Assembly (NCBI GenBank): GCA_041576165.1
Contig: JBFGLM010000026.1
Coordinates: 1 to 64,000 of the forward strand
Source: Acidimicrobiia bacterium
Lineage (GTDB): Bacteria > Actinomycetota > Acidimicrobiia > Spongiisociales > Spongiisociaceae
Length of the DNA stretch: 64,000 nt
Direction of reading: 5' to 3'
Positions 19,421 to 29,231 of this stretch are shown one piece after another (position 1 is the stretch's first letter; each line of letters begins with the position of its first letter). The notes under the pieces are model-generated. The model was given only the letters and a program-made list of their open reading frames with translations, was not told the DNA's origin and made no database searches. Both the position numbers and the translations under genes were made by a program.

Positions 19421-20893
19421 TCAGGCTTCGTCTACCTGCGGACTGCTTGAGTCCGTGGGTTCCGGGACGTTCTCGACCGGCGAGGTCTGACCATCCGGCC
19501 CGTCGATTTGGTCCTCGGTGGCCTCGCCCTCAGCGCTGTCGGCGACCTCCGCCGGAGCATCTTCCTCCGGTTTGGGCAACTCGTCAGGCAACGGGATCCA
19601 GCTTTCGCCATAGTTGCCGGCCGCGTTCCACAAGAGCCAGCCGTGGCCGCGGCGTTCGGCCTCGAATATGCCGGCCTTGACCTGGCTGCCGTTGTAGTAG
19701 AAGGCCTGCAGCCACGGGCGAAGCAACGTCGGGTGCGCCAGACGCGGTCCGGCATCCTCGAGGGCATCTGCCGTCACCGGCCCCGGGTGATCGTTCGGAT
19801 CGGCATAACCCAGCCAGCCCGGGCTGTAGTGGCTCGGGTAGACCATGGGGCTGACCGCGTCGACCACCGTCGACACTTCCTCGGGGCGCTGGCCGATTCC
19901 CTGGTCGTCGGGCGAGGAGACGACGATCCCGAAGATCGCCGCGGAGATGGCACAGCCCATCGGGTGCAGACGATCCCGGGCTTCGCGGAGGAAGGTCGAG
20001 ACCGACTCCACCCTGACGTCCTCGGTCATGGGATGTGTTCGCTGCGCCTGTTCGGCGGCCCGCCCGGTCGGGAATCGCACGTAGTCGAACTGGATCTCGT
20101 CGAAACCCAGCTCGCAGGCCTCCTCAGCCAGTTGGATCGGATACTCCCAATGGTCCGGGTTGCGCGCATCAACCCAATACCCGGCCAGCTTGACCTCGGG
20201 TTTGGCTCCGGTCCACACCTCGTCCTCGAATGTCACTATCCGTGTGATCGTGTAAAGGCCGCGCTCTCTTGCCGCCGCGATGTACGTCACCGGGTCGTAC
20301 ACGTTGCGGACCGCCCCCACCTCGATTGCAGTAGGCACTTGCGACTGATATAGCGTCGTTCCCGTTTCGTCCTTGGTATCGAAAATGAGAGTGTTGATCG
20401 CCGTATCTTCGATCTGGTCGAGCAGCGCCTCGAATTCATCCGGCGACATTGCCACGTAGCGGCTGACACGGATCGCCCGCACGACCCGAGGTTCGAGCAC
20501 CGCGTCGACCGGACCCGACCCATCCCATTCGATGGTCTGGCTCACCCAGGCCGGGCGGGCGATCGTCAATTCACCTGCGGGAACATCGGCGATCGTGAAC
20601 AGGCCCCTGGAATCCACCCGATGCGAATCGCCTCCGACGGTCACGGTGGCACCCCTCATAGGCGAGCCGTCGGCGGCGAGCACCGAGCCGGTCAGGGTGA
20701 ACCGTGGCTCGGTGGTCGTGGTGGTGGCGAGGCGGGTGGTGGCCGTCGTCGCCGGTTCGGCGGGCGAGGTGGCGGTCGCTACCGAAGTCTGGACGGGGGC
20801 GTCGGTATCCGCGACTGAGCCCGGCGTCGCCTCCCGCCCCGGGGGGAGGCACGCCGCCACGATCACCAGGAGACCCAGCCAGGCGGTACGCAT
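19421..20893 (-). CDS. Putative glycoside hydrolase lipoprotein (DUF4015/GTA TIM-barrel-like)
   Basis: Lipobox VAAC, Thr-rich linker, RIVTFED, GFDEIQFDYVRFP, SPMVYPSHY, RPWLQAF. Confidence 0.8.
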   Translation of the reverse strand: MRTAWLGLLVIVAACLPPGREATPGSVADTDAPVQTSVATATSPAEPATTATTRLATTTTTEPRFTLTGSVLAADGSPMRGATVTVGGDSHRVDSRGLFTIADVPAGELTIARPAWVSQTIEWDGSGPVDAVLEPRVVRAIRVSRYVAMSPDEFEALLDQIEDTAINTLIFDTKDETGTTLYQSQVPTAIEVGAVRNVYDPVTYIAAARERGLYTITRIVTFEDEVWTGAKPEVKLAGYWVDARNPDHWEYPIQLAEEACELGFDEIQFDYVRFPTGRAAEQAQRTHPMTEDVRVESVSTFLREARDRLHPMGCAISAAIFGIVVSSPDDQGIGQRPEEVSTVVDAVSPMVYPSHYSPGWLGYADPNDHPGPVTADALEDAGPRLAHPTLLRPWLQAFYYNGSQVKAGIFEAERRGHGWLLWNAAGNYGESWIPLPDELPKPEEDAPAEVADSAEGEATEDQIDGPDGQTSPVENVPEPTDSSSPQVDEA

Positions 20894-20953
20894 TGCGAAC
20901 CAGATCGTAATTAGGCCCGGCCGCTGTCTCATCTGCGACGCTGTTCCGCCCCG

Positions 20954-21778
20954 TCAACGGCTGAAGAACAACTGCACCTCGACCGTTCCGAAATCGTTGG
21001 CGGACAGCACCGCCGGGGCGGACGGGACCGACACATCAAAGTCGGCGAATTCGATCTCGAACTGGCCAACGATGACGATCAGGTCGCCTACGACCTGCGC
21101 CTCGAGCGGGAACTCGATTGGCTGTGTCACGCCGTGCACGGTGAGATCGCCCGCAACCGTCACCGAAATGCTCTCTCCGTCGGCGGGCACGCTACCCAGT
21201 TCCACCGGCGAGGCAAGCTGGAACGTGGCGGTGGGGAATTCACTCGTCTCGAGGGCCCTCTGCACTGCGCCGTTACGCCGCTCGCGGTCAGTTGTGATCT
21301 GCGTGAAGTCGGCTTCGATGACGGCATCGACCAACGTCGAGCCCTGCAGTTCGATCGTTCCGCTCACCGCCGGTGTCCGTCCCACCGCCTCGGTGCGGCC
21401 GATGTTGGCGAGCTCTTCCCCAACCCGGAAGCCGACGAAGCTGGAGGTGGCATCCGCGAAACTGAACTCTCCAACACTGGTGTCCACGGTCCAGGTGCCG
21501 TCGACGGCGCCCGCGCCGGGTTGTTCGGCCGGGTCCTCCGGGGCGGCTGTTGCCTGCGTCTCCGGTGCCGCAGCCTGGGTAGTGGAGGGAGCCGCCGTCG
21601 TATCAGGCGCCTGCTCCTGTTGTGCCACTGCCACGGCATCCTCGAGTGTCGCCTCTTCGGGTGCGGAGCCGCTGAAGAAGAAGACGACACCCCCAATCGC
21701 CGCCAGTACGACCACGGCCACTGCGCCAATTATCATGTTCCTCATCGTCTTGGTCTTGGTGTCGGTTTTGATCGTCAT
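20954..21778 (-). CDS. YceI family protein, membrane-anchored
   Basis: GTWTVD, VGFRVGEEL, AVGRT, TD..RR, FPTATF, GDLTVHGVT. Confidence 0.88.
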   Translation of the reverse strand: MTIKTDTKTKTMRNMIIGAVAVVVLAAIGGVVFFFSGSAPEEATLEDAVAVAQQEQAPDTTAAPSTTQAAAPETQATAAPEDPAEQPGAGAVDGTWTVDTSVGEFSFADATSSFVGFRVGEELANIGRTEAVGRTPAVSGTIELQGSTLVDAVIEADFTQITTDRERRNGAVQRALETSEFPTATFQLASPVELGSVPADGESISVTVAGDLTVHGVTQPIEFPLEAQVVGDLIVIVGQFEIEFADFDVSVPSAPAVLSANDFGTVEVQLFFSR

Positions 21779-21931
21779 CAGGTCCCTTCTGATCTTTCGA
21801 GTTTCAAGCTATCCGGGTCGGACGAGTACTTCTGCAACTCCGAGAGTCCACCCGCGGTGCGGGAGAGATGCCGGCCGCTCATCATCCCCGCTTCGTTGCT
21901 CCACAGCCTTCATTGCGTCGGTCTGCTTTGT

Positions 21932-21958
21932 GTACGTCGTGACGAGACGCTTTGGTTC
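21932..21958 (-). promoter_or_regulatory. Possible ECF sigma promoter for the yceI-like gene
   Basis: Minus strand GAACC-N17-CGTAC. Confidence 0.3.
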
Positions 21959-22011
21959 GCCGGGTGATGACGTCGGTACGATGACATTCACCGACCCGTC
22001 CGGGAGTGAGC

Positions 22012-23184
22012 ATGCCCTATACGCCCGAGCACCACCAGTTCCGGGAGATGGTCCGTTCTTTCGTCACCAACGAGATCAATCCCCACGTCGAAGCATGGGA
22101 AACCGAAGGCATGATGCCACTCCATCGCATCTTCAAACAGATGGCGGACATCGGCCTGCTCGGCCTCGAGTACGAGGCCGCCTACGGCGGGCAGGAAGCC
22201 GATCATCTCTTCACGCTCATCCTGGCTGAGGAGTTCGGCCGGGCCGATCACGGATCCATCGGGATGGCGCTCGGCGTCCAGGTTGACATGGCAACTCCCT
22301 CCCTCGCCCAGTACGGCACCCATGAGCAGAAACTTCAATTCCTGGCCCCGGCCCTGCGAGGAGACGCGGTTGCCTCGATCGCGGTGACCGAACCCGATGC
22401 CGGATCTGACGTCGCCGCAATCAGGACGAAGGCGGTGCGGGACGGCGACGAATGGGTGATCAACGGCGCCAAGATGTACATCACGAACTCGCTCCAGGCG
22501 GACTGGCTGTGCGTACTGGCCCGCACCTCGGGCGCACCCGGCTACGCCGGGATGAGCCAGATCCTCGTTCCCACCTCGGCCGCAGGTTTCGAGGTCTCCC
22601 GCAAACTCGACAAGCTCGGTATGCGGGCGTCAGATACCGGCTTGCTCACGTTCTCCGACTGCCGCGTCCCGGTCGAGAACACTATCGGTCGCGAGGGCAG
22701 GGGATTCCAGCAGCAGATGGAGCAATTCGTCCTCGAGCGGATGTGGGCCAACTATGCGGCGCTGGGTGGTATGGACCGGGCGCTGGAGCGCACCCGCGAA
22801 TATCTCACGCAGCGAATCGTCTTCGGACAGCCGCTCATGGCCAACCAGTATCTCCAGTATCGGCTGGCCGAATTGGCGGCCGAGATCGACCTGGTGCGCC
22901 ACTACAACCTCGCAACGGCCGAGGCGTATCAACGGGGAGAGAATCCCACTCGTATGGCGACCATCGGCAAGCTCAAGTCCAGCAGGCTCGCTCGCGAGGT
23001 GGCGGATTGGTGCCTGCAGTTCCACGGGGGCATCGGCTACATGGAAGAGACATGGACGGCCCGCTACTTCCGGGATAGCCGACTCGGGTCCATCGGAGGC
23101 GGCACCGACGAGACAATGCTGCAGGTGCTGGCCCGCATGGATGGGTTTTGGCACGGCTCACCCGCTCAGCCTCGAGACGAGTGA
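22012..23184 (+). CDS. Acyl-CoA dehydrogenase
   Basis: IAVTEPDAGSD, INGAKMYITN, KLGMRASDT, CLQFHGGIGY, IGGGTDE. Confidence 0.93.
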   Translation: MPYTPEHHQFREMVRSFVTNEINPHVEAWETEGMMPLHRIFKQMADIGLLGLEYEAAYGGQEADHLFTLILAEEFGRADHGSIGMALGVQVDMATPSLAQYGTHEQKLQFLAPALRGDAVASIAVTEPDAGSDVAAIRTKAVRDGDEWVINGAKMYITNSLQADWLCVLARTSGAPGYAGMSQILVPTSAAGFEVSRKLDKLGMRASDTGLLTFSDCRVPVENTIGREGRGFQQQMEQFVLERMWANYAALGGMDRALERTREYLTQRIVFGQPLMANQYLQYRLAELAAEIDLVRHYNLATAEAYQRGENPTRMATIGKLKSSRLAREVADWCLQFHGGIGYMEETWTARYFRDSRLGSIGGGTDETMLQVLARMDGFWHGSPAQPRDE

Positions 23185-23317
23185 GCCGTGAACCAAAGGA
23201 GGTGGAGCGACCGGGCCGCTAGCCAGGGTAAAGGGCGGCCCACCCCCGGTGCCGCTTCAGCCTCCCATTCGTGACTCGCACAGCCCGGCCAAGTGGTTTA
23301 TGCGCGGCCGGACCCGC

Positions 23318-24934
23318 TCACTCGAGCAACAAGAACACCTTTTCGTCGAACTCGATGAAGTCCTCGAGCGTCAGAGCCAGCGACGCCGCTTCGTTTCGAG
23401 GTATGGCCAGGCAGATGTTCCCGGTGATCACTCCCGCCGGAAAGACCTCCGGTGCAGAGCTGATGCTGTTCGGAATCGTTCCGCACGAGCTGCTGAACTC
23501 GCTATACGCAACCCGGCCGGATCCAAGCAGACCCCACGACAGGTCGCTCCAGAACGTGCCCGACGAGGAGCCCTCGTAGGTGGCTTCGAGTGTCACCAAC
23601 GTGTACTGGAAACCCTCCGCAGGCGGAGTGTTGAATTCGCTCGCGGCCAGCACGGTACGCGTGGCGTCGCGCTCGACGCCGACCACCCGGACCAGCCAGT
23701 CGCCCACCGCGACCGAGCTGCCCACGTCGAAGGGATTGTTCCAGGAACCCGCCGCGCCCGGTCCCACGGCCGGCGGAGCCGGAAGCACGATCCCTGGGTC
23801 AGAACCGGCACCCGTCGCCGTCGCCAGGAACGCTCGCTCCTGCGAGAACCCGAACGCGTCCGCCACCAGGACGACATCATCGACCTGATCAGTGGGCACC
23901 TCAAAACACACGGTCCCGCCGACGCTCCCGCCCGGATAAAGAGCGCCGGCCGAGGAGATGTCGGACGGTACGAAGCCGCACGGCGCATCCCAGCTGTCGA
24001 TCGCGACGTTATCCGGCCCCAGCAGCCGGAGCTGCACAGAGCCGGCGCTCGCACCCGGATCGGCGCCGAAGTACCAGATCGTGACCTCGGCCATGAAGTA
24101 CTGCGAGCCCGGCTGGGGGTATTCGTTGAAGTAGTCGGAACCCGCGACGGCTTGGGTCGCATCCGGGATCACGCCGTCAACGCGGACAAACCAATCGCCC
24201 AAGTCGGCAGTACTACCAAGCATGATCGGGTTTCCTCGCGACCCAGGTAGACCCGACTCGTCGATCTCGGCTCGCTGCGGTGCGGTCAGGCCAAGATCAA
24301 CCCCGTCCCCTTCCTGCAACGCGAAGAATGTCCGGCCCTCACCACCGAACCCTTCATCGAGAATCAGTTGCAGCCCGGTGGCATCGATCTCGGCTACTGC
24401 GAAACAGATCTGCCCCGATATCGCACCTCCCGGCCACACCTCTCCCACGTAGCTGAGATCCCTGGCGAGCATGCCACACGAGGCGCCGTAGGGGTCGTAT
24501 GCCAGAGCCGACGGCCCCACCGCCGACCACGACGTGTCGACCCAAAAGGTGCCGGAGTCGTCCCCGGCGTAGAAGGCTTCCAGGTCGACCACAAAGTACT
24601 GCTTGCCGTCGCCGGGCGGTTCGTTGAATTCTGACGCGGCCAATACTCCAGCCGCACCATCCGGTTCGACGCCGGTCACTCGAACCAGCCAGTCGCCCAC
24701 CGGGGCCAGCGAACCCATGGTTACGGGCATTTCCCGAGATCCGGCTTGGAAGTCTGCCTCGACCGTATCGCCGGACACAGCCGGAGCCGGATCGGGCAGC
24801 GAACCCGGAGCGGACTGCTCGGCCACGATCGTTGTCACCGGTTCCGCGGGCATCCGGTCAGACGAGGTGGTCGTCCCGCAGGCCGTGGCGAGGATGATCA
24901 ACGCCACCAACGCGGCGCATTGCCTGGTGCCCAT
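23318..24934 (-). CDS. Lipoprotein with three tandem DUF4352/MPT63-like domains
   Basis: Lipobox LATAC; three repeats of GDWxVRVxGVxxDA...FNxxP..G.QY...CG...PGG...G.ICF. Confidence 0.75.
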   Translation of the reverse strand: MGTRQCAALVALIILATACGTTTSSDRMPAEPVTTIVAEQSAPGSLPDPAPAVSGDTVEADFQAGSREMPVTMGSLAPVGDWLVRVTGVEPDGAAGVLAASEFNEPPGDGKQYFVVDLEAFYAGDDSGTFWVDTSWSAVGPSALAYDPYGASCGMLARDLSYVGEVWPGGAISGQICFAVAEIDATGLQLILDEGFGGEGRTFFALQEGDGVDLGLTAPQRAEIDESGLPGSRGNPIMLGSTADLGDWFVRVDGVIPDATQAVAGSDYFNEYPQPGSQYFMAEVTIWYFGADPGASAGSVQLRLLGPDNVAIDSWDAPCGFVPSDISSAGALYPGGSVGGTVCFEVPTDQVDDVVLVADAFGFSQERAFLATATGAGSDPGIVLPAPPAVGPGAAGSWNNPFDVGSSVAVGDWLVRVVGVERDATRTVLAASEFNTPPAEGFQYTLVTLEATYEGSSSGTFWSDLSWGLLGSGRVAYSEFSSSCGTIPNSISSAPEVFPAGVITGNICLAIPRNEAASLALTLEDFIEFDEKVFLLLE

Positions 24935-25153
24935 GAGTGCTGTATCGACGGCGGGCCTGGGCAGAATGAGCAATTCCGGGGAGGTTCGAGCGGTAGCGGA
25001 CCGTCCATTCCCGCGGAACTAGCCGGCCTCGAGTTCGACCTTGCGGCCGACCAGGGAGTCACCTGGTCGGAGACGGAGATACCGATGATCGGCCGGGTGG
25101 TCGACGGTGCCCTCGTGGCCGACCCGCTCGGGGAATGACACCGTGGCCGAGCC

Positions 25154-25861
25154 CTACGCCGGGCGGGTAATCGGCGGCACGAGCGTGGCGCCCGGGCCGG
25201 CGCGGTAGACGGTCGCCGGTGCCCCGCCGGACGACGACACTCGCTTCGCCCCGGTCGGAACGACAAAGCCCTCCGTGGCAAGCACCTTGCGCCTGAAGTT
25301 GGCGAGATCGAGTTCCACTCCCCAAACCACTTCGTATATACGATGCAGCTCGCCCAGAGTGAACTCGGGCCCCGCGAGCGTGGTGGCCAACGTCGTGTAT
25401 TCCAACTTGGCCCGAGCCCGCTCGACACCGACGGCAAGTATCTCCCCGTGATCAAAGGCCAACCCGCCGGCGCGGGCCGCCGCTACCGGCAGCCACTCCG
25501 CGCCGGCCGCATCGGTGCCGGCAACGGGGACCGGCATCGATTTGGTCAGTCCGAGGTACGCCACGGAAACCACCCGCATGCGCGGATCGCGGTTTACGTC
25601 GCCAAATGTTGCGAGCTGCTCGAGGTGCACATCGGGGAGTTCCTTCTCGTCCAGGCCGGTCTCTTCTGCGAGTTCCCGGTAGGCGGCCGCCTCGATCGAC
25701 TCGTCAGGCCGAACGAACCCCCCGGGTAGCGCCGGGCTGCCGGCGAAAGGCTCAACCCCCCGGCGTATCAACATGACGCTGAGGGTCTCACCGGCCGCCA
25801 GCAGAACGATGTCGACCGTGACCGCGAACGGCGGGAAACCGGCGGGATCGTATTCAGTCAT
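25154..25861 (-). CDS. nrtR: NrtR family regulator (Nudix + wHTH)
   Basis: ALPGGFV..E....AA.REL.EETG, LEQL.TFG...RDPR, FTLGEL..YE, NFRRKV. Confidence 0.88.
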   Translation of the reverse strand: MTEYDPAGFPPFAVTVDIVLLAAGETLSVMLIRRGVEPFAGSPALPGGFVRPDESIEAAAYRELAEETGLDEKELPDVHLEQLATFGDVNRDPRMRVVSVAYLGLTKSMPVPVAGTDAAGAEWLPVAAARAGGLAFDHGEILAVGVERARAKLEYTTLATTLAGPEFTLGELHRIYEVVWGVELDLANFRRKVLATEGFVVPTGAKRVSSSGGAPATVYRAGPGATLVPPITRPA

Positions 25862-25865
25862 CCGG

Positions 25866-26591
25866 TCACGCCGATCCGGCCAGGGCCGCCCGCCGCCAGC
25901 GGGCCAGGCCCACGAACGCCATGATCAAGAACAGGACATACAATGTGGCGAACATATACGCACCGGTAGCGGTATACAGCGCGATCGCCGAAACGTTCAC
26001 CGGCCCAATCCACAGCCACCACGACTCAACCTTCTTGCGGGATAGCAGGATCATGGCAACCACGGACGCAGCCACGATCGAGGCATCCCAGTACGTATAG
26101 AGGGCCCCCTCCCAGCCGGCATCCAGGGCCCATCCCAGCAGAATGGTGAAACCCACCATGGCGCTCAACCCCACCAGCCGAGACTGCCAGTCGAGGCCGG
26201 TCACGGTGAGTTCAGTTCGGCCGATCCCACCGCGCGTCCATTCGTGCCAGGCCCAGATCTGTACACCCAGGTAGTAGAACCAGTGCAGGAGTACCTGACC
26301 GATCAGGCCGATCTCGAGGAAGAACCAACCCATCAGCGCAACCGATACGATGCCCACCGGGAGCGCCAGGACGTTCCGCCGCTGGGTGATCCACACCGAC
26401 CAGAGCGAGGTCGCCGTCCCTGCGAATTCCACAAATCCAGGCGCAACTGCGGGGGCGTAGTGGCGGGCCGCCGCCCAGTACCCCAAGCACGCGAGCAGTG
26501 ATCCGGCTCCTGCTACCGCAGCGTGGCGGTGTTCCCACGCCCGTCCGAACCACGGAGCGGCGCTGCCCCCATTGAGGGTTGTTGTGGTCAT
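25866..26591 (-). CDS. pnuC: Nicotinamide riboside transporter PnuC
   Basis: Multi-TM protein with YWDA and KKVESWWLWI..N motifs; GGAGG RBS before ATG 26591. Confidence 0.85.
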   Translation of the reverse strand: MTTTTLNGGSAAPWFGRAWEHRHAAVAGAGSLLACLGYWAAARHYAPAVAPGFVEFAGTATSLWSVWITQRRNVLALPVGIVSVALMGWFFLEIGLIGQVLLHWFYYLGVQIWAWHEWTRGGIGRTELTVTGLDWQSRLVGLSAMVGFTILLGWALDAGWEGALYTYWDASIVAASVVAMILLSRKKVESWWLWIGPVNVSAIALYTATGAYMFATLYVLFLIMAFVGLARWRRAALAGSA

Positions 26592-26628
26592 GAGCCTCCT
26601 CGCCCCGCCGGTGAACCTGCCGCTCGCG

Positions 26629-27624
26629 TCACGTGAGCGGGTCGAATACGGCCACCTCCTCGATGAGGCGACTTGCCCGCGCTTGTCGCTCCGCCCGGGT
26701 ACCACTAACCAGACCGAAGGGAACGCCGCTGGCTGCAACCAGCTCGACCGTCAGCCGGTGCATCGCCCGGCGGTGATCGGATGATTCGCGTGTGCCGTCC
26801 TGTACCCAGGCGAAATCGGGTTCGCAGATCAGGTAGAGATCCGGCCGCTGCCGGAGAGCCAATTCTTGTAACACCGGAAGGTCGAACCCCATGTAGCGCC
26901 GATGCCAGACGGCGGTGACCAGCGCATCGGTATCGGCGATGACCAGACCGCCCACAGCCCTGCGAGCCAGATCCTTCTCGACCTGGTGGTGGGTGGCGGC
27001 GACCCGGAGAAACTCGTCGGAGTCCCATGCCTGATCGGCGAGGTGCCGCCGCCCCTCCCAGTACCACCGGCCATACTCGGGCACCCAGGCCGTGCCGCAG
27101 CTCCGGGCGAGTTCCCGCGCCAGGCTGGTCTTGCCCGTCGATTCAGCCCCGACGACGACGATTCTGCGAGCGAGGGCGGCGCGCGCCGCCGGCACCAACC
27201 AGTGGAAATGGCCGCGTACATCGGCTCGGATCCGGCTGGCGGAGATCGGCACTACGGCTCGCGGAACATCGATCGCGACGTGGCCCGCACCCATCGCGGC
27301 CGCCCAGCCCGGACCCCACGTTTCCGAGGTGAAGGCCATGTCCGGAGTCGTGGGCAACACCTCGAGCGCCCGGGCGGCCCAAGGCGCGTTAGCGGCCGGA
27401 AGGTCGTCGGGGGTGACGAGGATTGTCACGTTCTCCGGCGCTGCGTCGAGTAACCATCCGGCGCGTACATCCCCCGGGATGGTCTGGTCGGGATCGGCGG
27501 CCAGAAGAACGAACAGGTGGTTCACCTGGGCGGCGGCCGTGCGTACGAGATGAACATGGCCCAGGTGCGGTGGGTTGAACTTGCCAACCGCCACGCCCAC
27601 GCTGTTCTGGAGTGTAGTCGTCAT
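26629..27624 (-). CDS. nadR: NadR-like NMN adenylyltransferase / ribosylnicotinamide kinase
   Basis: GKFNPPHLGH, ISASRIR, GAESTGKT, VPEYGR, DTD, WVQDGTR. Confidence 0.88.
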   Translation of the reverse strand: MTTTLQNSVGVAVGKFNPPHLGHVHLVRTAAAQVNHLFVLLAADPDQTIPGDVRAGWLLDAAPENVTILVTPDDLPAANAPWAARALEVLPTTPDMAFTSETWGPGWAAAMGAGHVAIDVPRAVVPISASRIRADVRGHFHWLVPAARAALARRIVVVGAESTGKTSLARELARSCGTAWVPEYGRWYWEGRRHLADQAWDSDEFLRVAATHHQVEKDLARRAVGGLVIADTDALVTAVWHRRYMGFDLPVLQELALRQRPDLYLICEPDFAWVQDGTRESSDHRRAMHRLTVELVAASGVPFGLVSGTRAERQARASRLIEEVAVFDPLT

Positions 27625-27634
27625 GGTGGCAGAA

Positions 27635-27670
27635 TAAGGTCGATGTGACTATTAGTCAATATGACTATTA
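27635..27670. promoter_or_regulatory. Tandem NrtR boxes over the nadR promoter
   Basis: TAGTCA-ATA-TGACTA (27653-27667) plus degenerate AGGTCG-ATG-TGACTA in an AT-rich patch. A -10 TATTCT sits 6 nt upstream of the ATG. Confidence 0.75.
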
Positions 27671-27811
27671 CTTGATATCTCGCCACGACCCGGGCCTGTG
27701 GGGTGGTGCCTTGCCCCGAAAGGCGGGGCAGCAGTCTCCGGATGCGCGAACTGGGCCACCGGACGACAGTCTCAGGCGTAGCCTCGGCAGGGAGTTGAAG
27801 GGAGGGCCACA

Positions 27812-28765
27812 ATGGACATTCTCGAGCGCATGGATGAGGACCATGCGGCGGTATTGGACGCGATCCCGCCCGATCTCCTCGACCTGAGCGATATTCCCCA
27901 GGCGCGAGAGGCAGTGAGCGGTTTGATCGCCGCCATGACGGCCGAGGTTCCCCCGGTCGAAGGTGTTTCGTCGCAGGATCACCATGCCGCCGGCCCGGCG
28001 GGGGCGCCCGACGTCATGGTGCGGGTCTACCGCCCGGACGGTGCCGGGGCTGACCTACCCGGCTTTCTGTGGATCCACGGCGGCGGGATGGTGGTGGGAG
28101 ACGTCACAATGGACGACATCACCTGTGCCATGTATGCACAGCAGCTCAATTGCGTCGTTGGATCAGCGGAATACCGACTGGCGCCCGAGCACCCGTTCCC
28201 GGCGCCGCTCGAGGACTGCTACGCGGCCCTCAAGTGGTTTGCTACCGAATGCCCGGGTGTCGACCGCTCCCGGATCATCGTCGGCGGCGCCAGCGCCGGA
28301 GGAGGGTTGGCGGCGGGTCTGGCGCTGCTGGCCCGGGATCGGGGGGAGGTAGATGTTGGGTTCCAGTTGTTGATTTATCCGATGATCGACGATCGGAACG
28401 TGACCCCCTCCAGCCACGCGATCACGCACCCGAAGGTATGGAACAGGGAGGCTAATCTCGCCGGCTGGAATGCGTATCTGGCCGGAGAGGCGGGCGGGGA
28501 GCAAGTATCTCCTTATGCTGCGCCGGCCCGGGCCGAGAATCTGGAGGGTCTGCCGCCTACCTACATCGCGGTCGGCGACCTCGATCTGTTCCTCGATGAG
28601 GACATCACATACGCGCAAAAGCTGCTCCAGGCGGGCGTGCCGACCGAGCTCCACGTGTACTCCGGCGCATTCCATGGATCCGACCTCTTTGTCCCTATGA
28701 GTGACTTGTCACAGCGCTGGACCGCCGATCGCAACCGGGCTCTCACAGCCGCGCTACACGGCTGA
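27812..28765 (+). CDS. Alpha/beta hydrolase (HSL-family esterase)
   Basis: HGGG, YRLAPEHPFPA, GASAGG, HG. Confidence 0.92.
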   Translation: MDILERMDEDHAAVLDAIPPDLLDLSDIPQAREAVSGLIAAMTAEVPPVEGVSSQDHHAAGPAGAPDVMVRVYRPDGAGADLPGFLWIHGGGMVVGDVTMDDITCAMYAQQLNCVVGSAEYRLAPEHPFPAPLEDCYAALKWFATECPGVDRSRIIVGGASAGGGLAAGLALLARDRGEVDVGFQLLIYPMIDDRNVTPSSHAITHPKVWNREANLAGWNAYLAGEAGGEQVSPYAAPARAENLEGLPPTYIAVGDLDLFLDEDITYAQKLLQAGVPTELHVYSGAFHGSDLFVPMSDLSQRWTADRNRALTAALHG

Positions 28766-28906
28766 TCGCTCCCGCCCCCGCTGGGCCGCTCCTGCCCGGG
28801 GACGTCGCAGCCGACATTGGGGGCGATCGGGCCCGGAATCAGCGGTGGGGACCTTCGGCACTGGTCGGCACCCCCTGGAAAAGGGATAGTCCAACCTGAA
28901 GGAGGC

Positions 28907-29107
28907 ATGGTGAACCAGAGGCTCCACCGAATGCCGGGTTTGTTACTGTCGAGCGCGATCGGCTCCCTCCCCGGCATCGGCCTGGCCCTTCTCTCCACAG
29001 CACAGGCGGATGGCACCAGCCTCGCAAGGGTCGCGGTTTTCGTGACAGTTGCGGGAGTACTCGCCGGGGCCGTCATTGGGGCCTCCCGGTACGACCTTCC
29101 TCCGTGA
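28907..29107 (+). CDS. Small two-TM membrane protein (66 aa)
   Basis: AAGGAGG RBS; two Gly-rich hydrophobic segments. Confidence 0.55.
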   Translation: MVNQRLHRMPGLLLSSAIGSLPGIGLALLSTAQADGTSLARVAVFVTVAGVLAGAVIGASRYDLPP

Positions 29108-29191
29108 AGGGGCTGCCACAAGACAGCCGCGACCCGGCAACACCGCCTGCGAGGGCACGTCACAGAGCGGGCCGGGATCGAAACCTTCACA

Positions 29192-29219
29192 GTTGGGCCG
29201 TCCATCCGGACGGCCCAAC
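29192..29219. terminator. Hairpin between convergent genes
   Basis: GTTGGGCCGTCC-ATCC-GGACGGCCCAAC. Confidence 0.65.
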
Positions 29220-29231
29220 GTCATGTTGACC

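Noticed and set aside
21809-21991. 60-aa minus-strand ORF
   Set aside because: No RBS or motif; overlaps the likely promoter/UTR of the yceI-like gene.
20532-22229. 565-aa plus-strand ORF
   Set aside because: Antisense to the glycoside hydrolase and YceI genes.
25000-25138. Protein-like fragment ELAGLEFDLAADQGVTWSETEIPMIGRVVDGALVADPLGE
   Set aside because: No start or RBS outside the neighbouring gene; could be a remnant but cannot be supported.
28874-28890. GGGATA as a SigF -10 for the small membrane protein gene
   Set aside because: The -35 (GGTC) is a poor match; not counted in the regulon.
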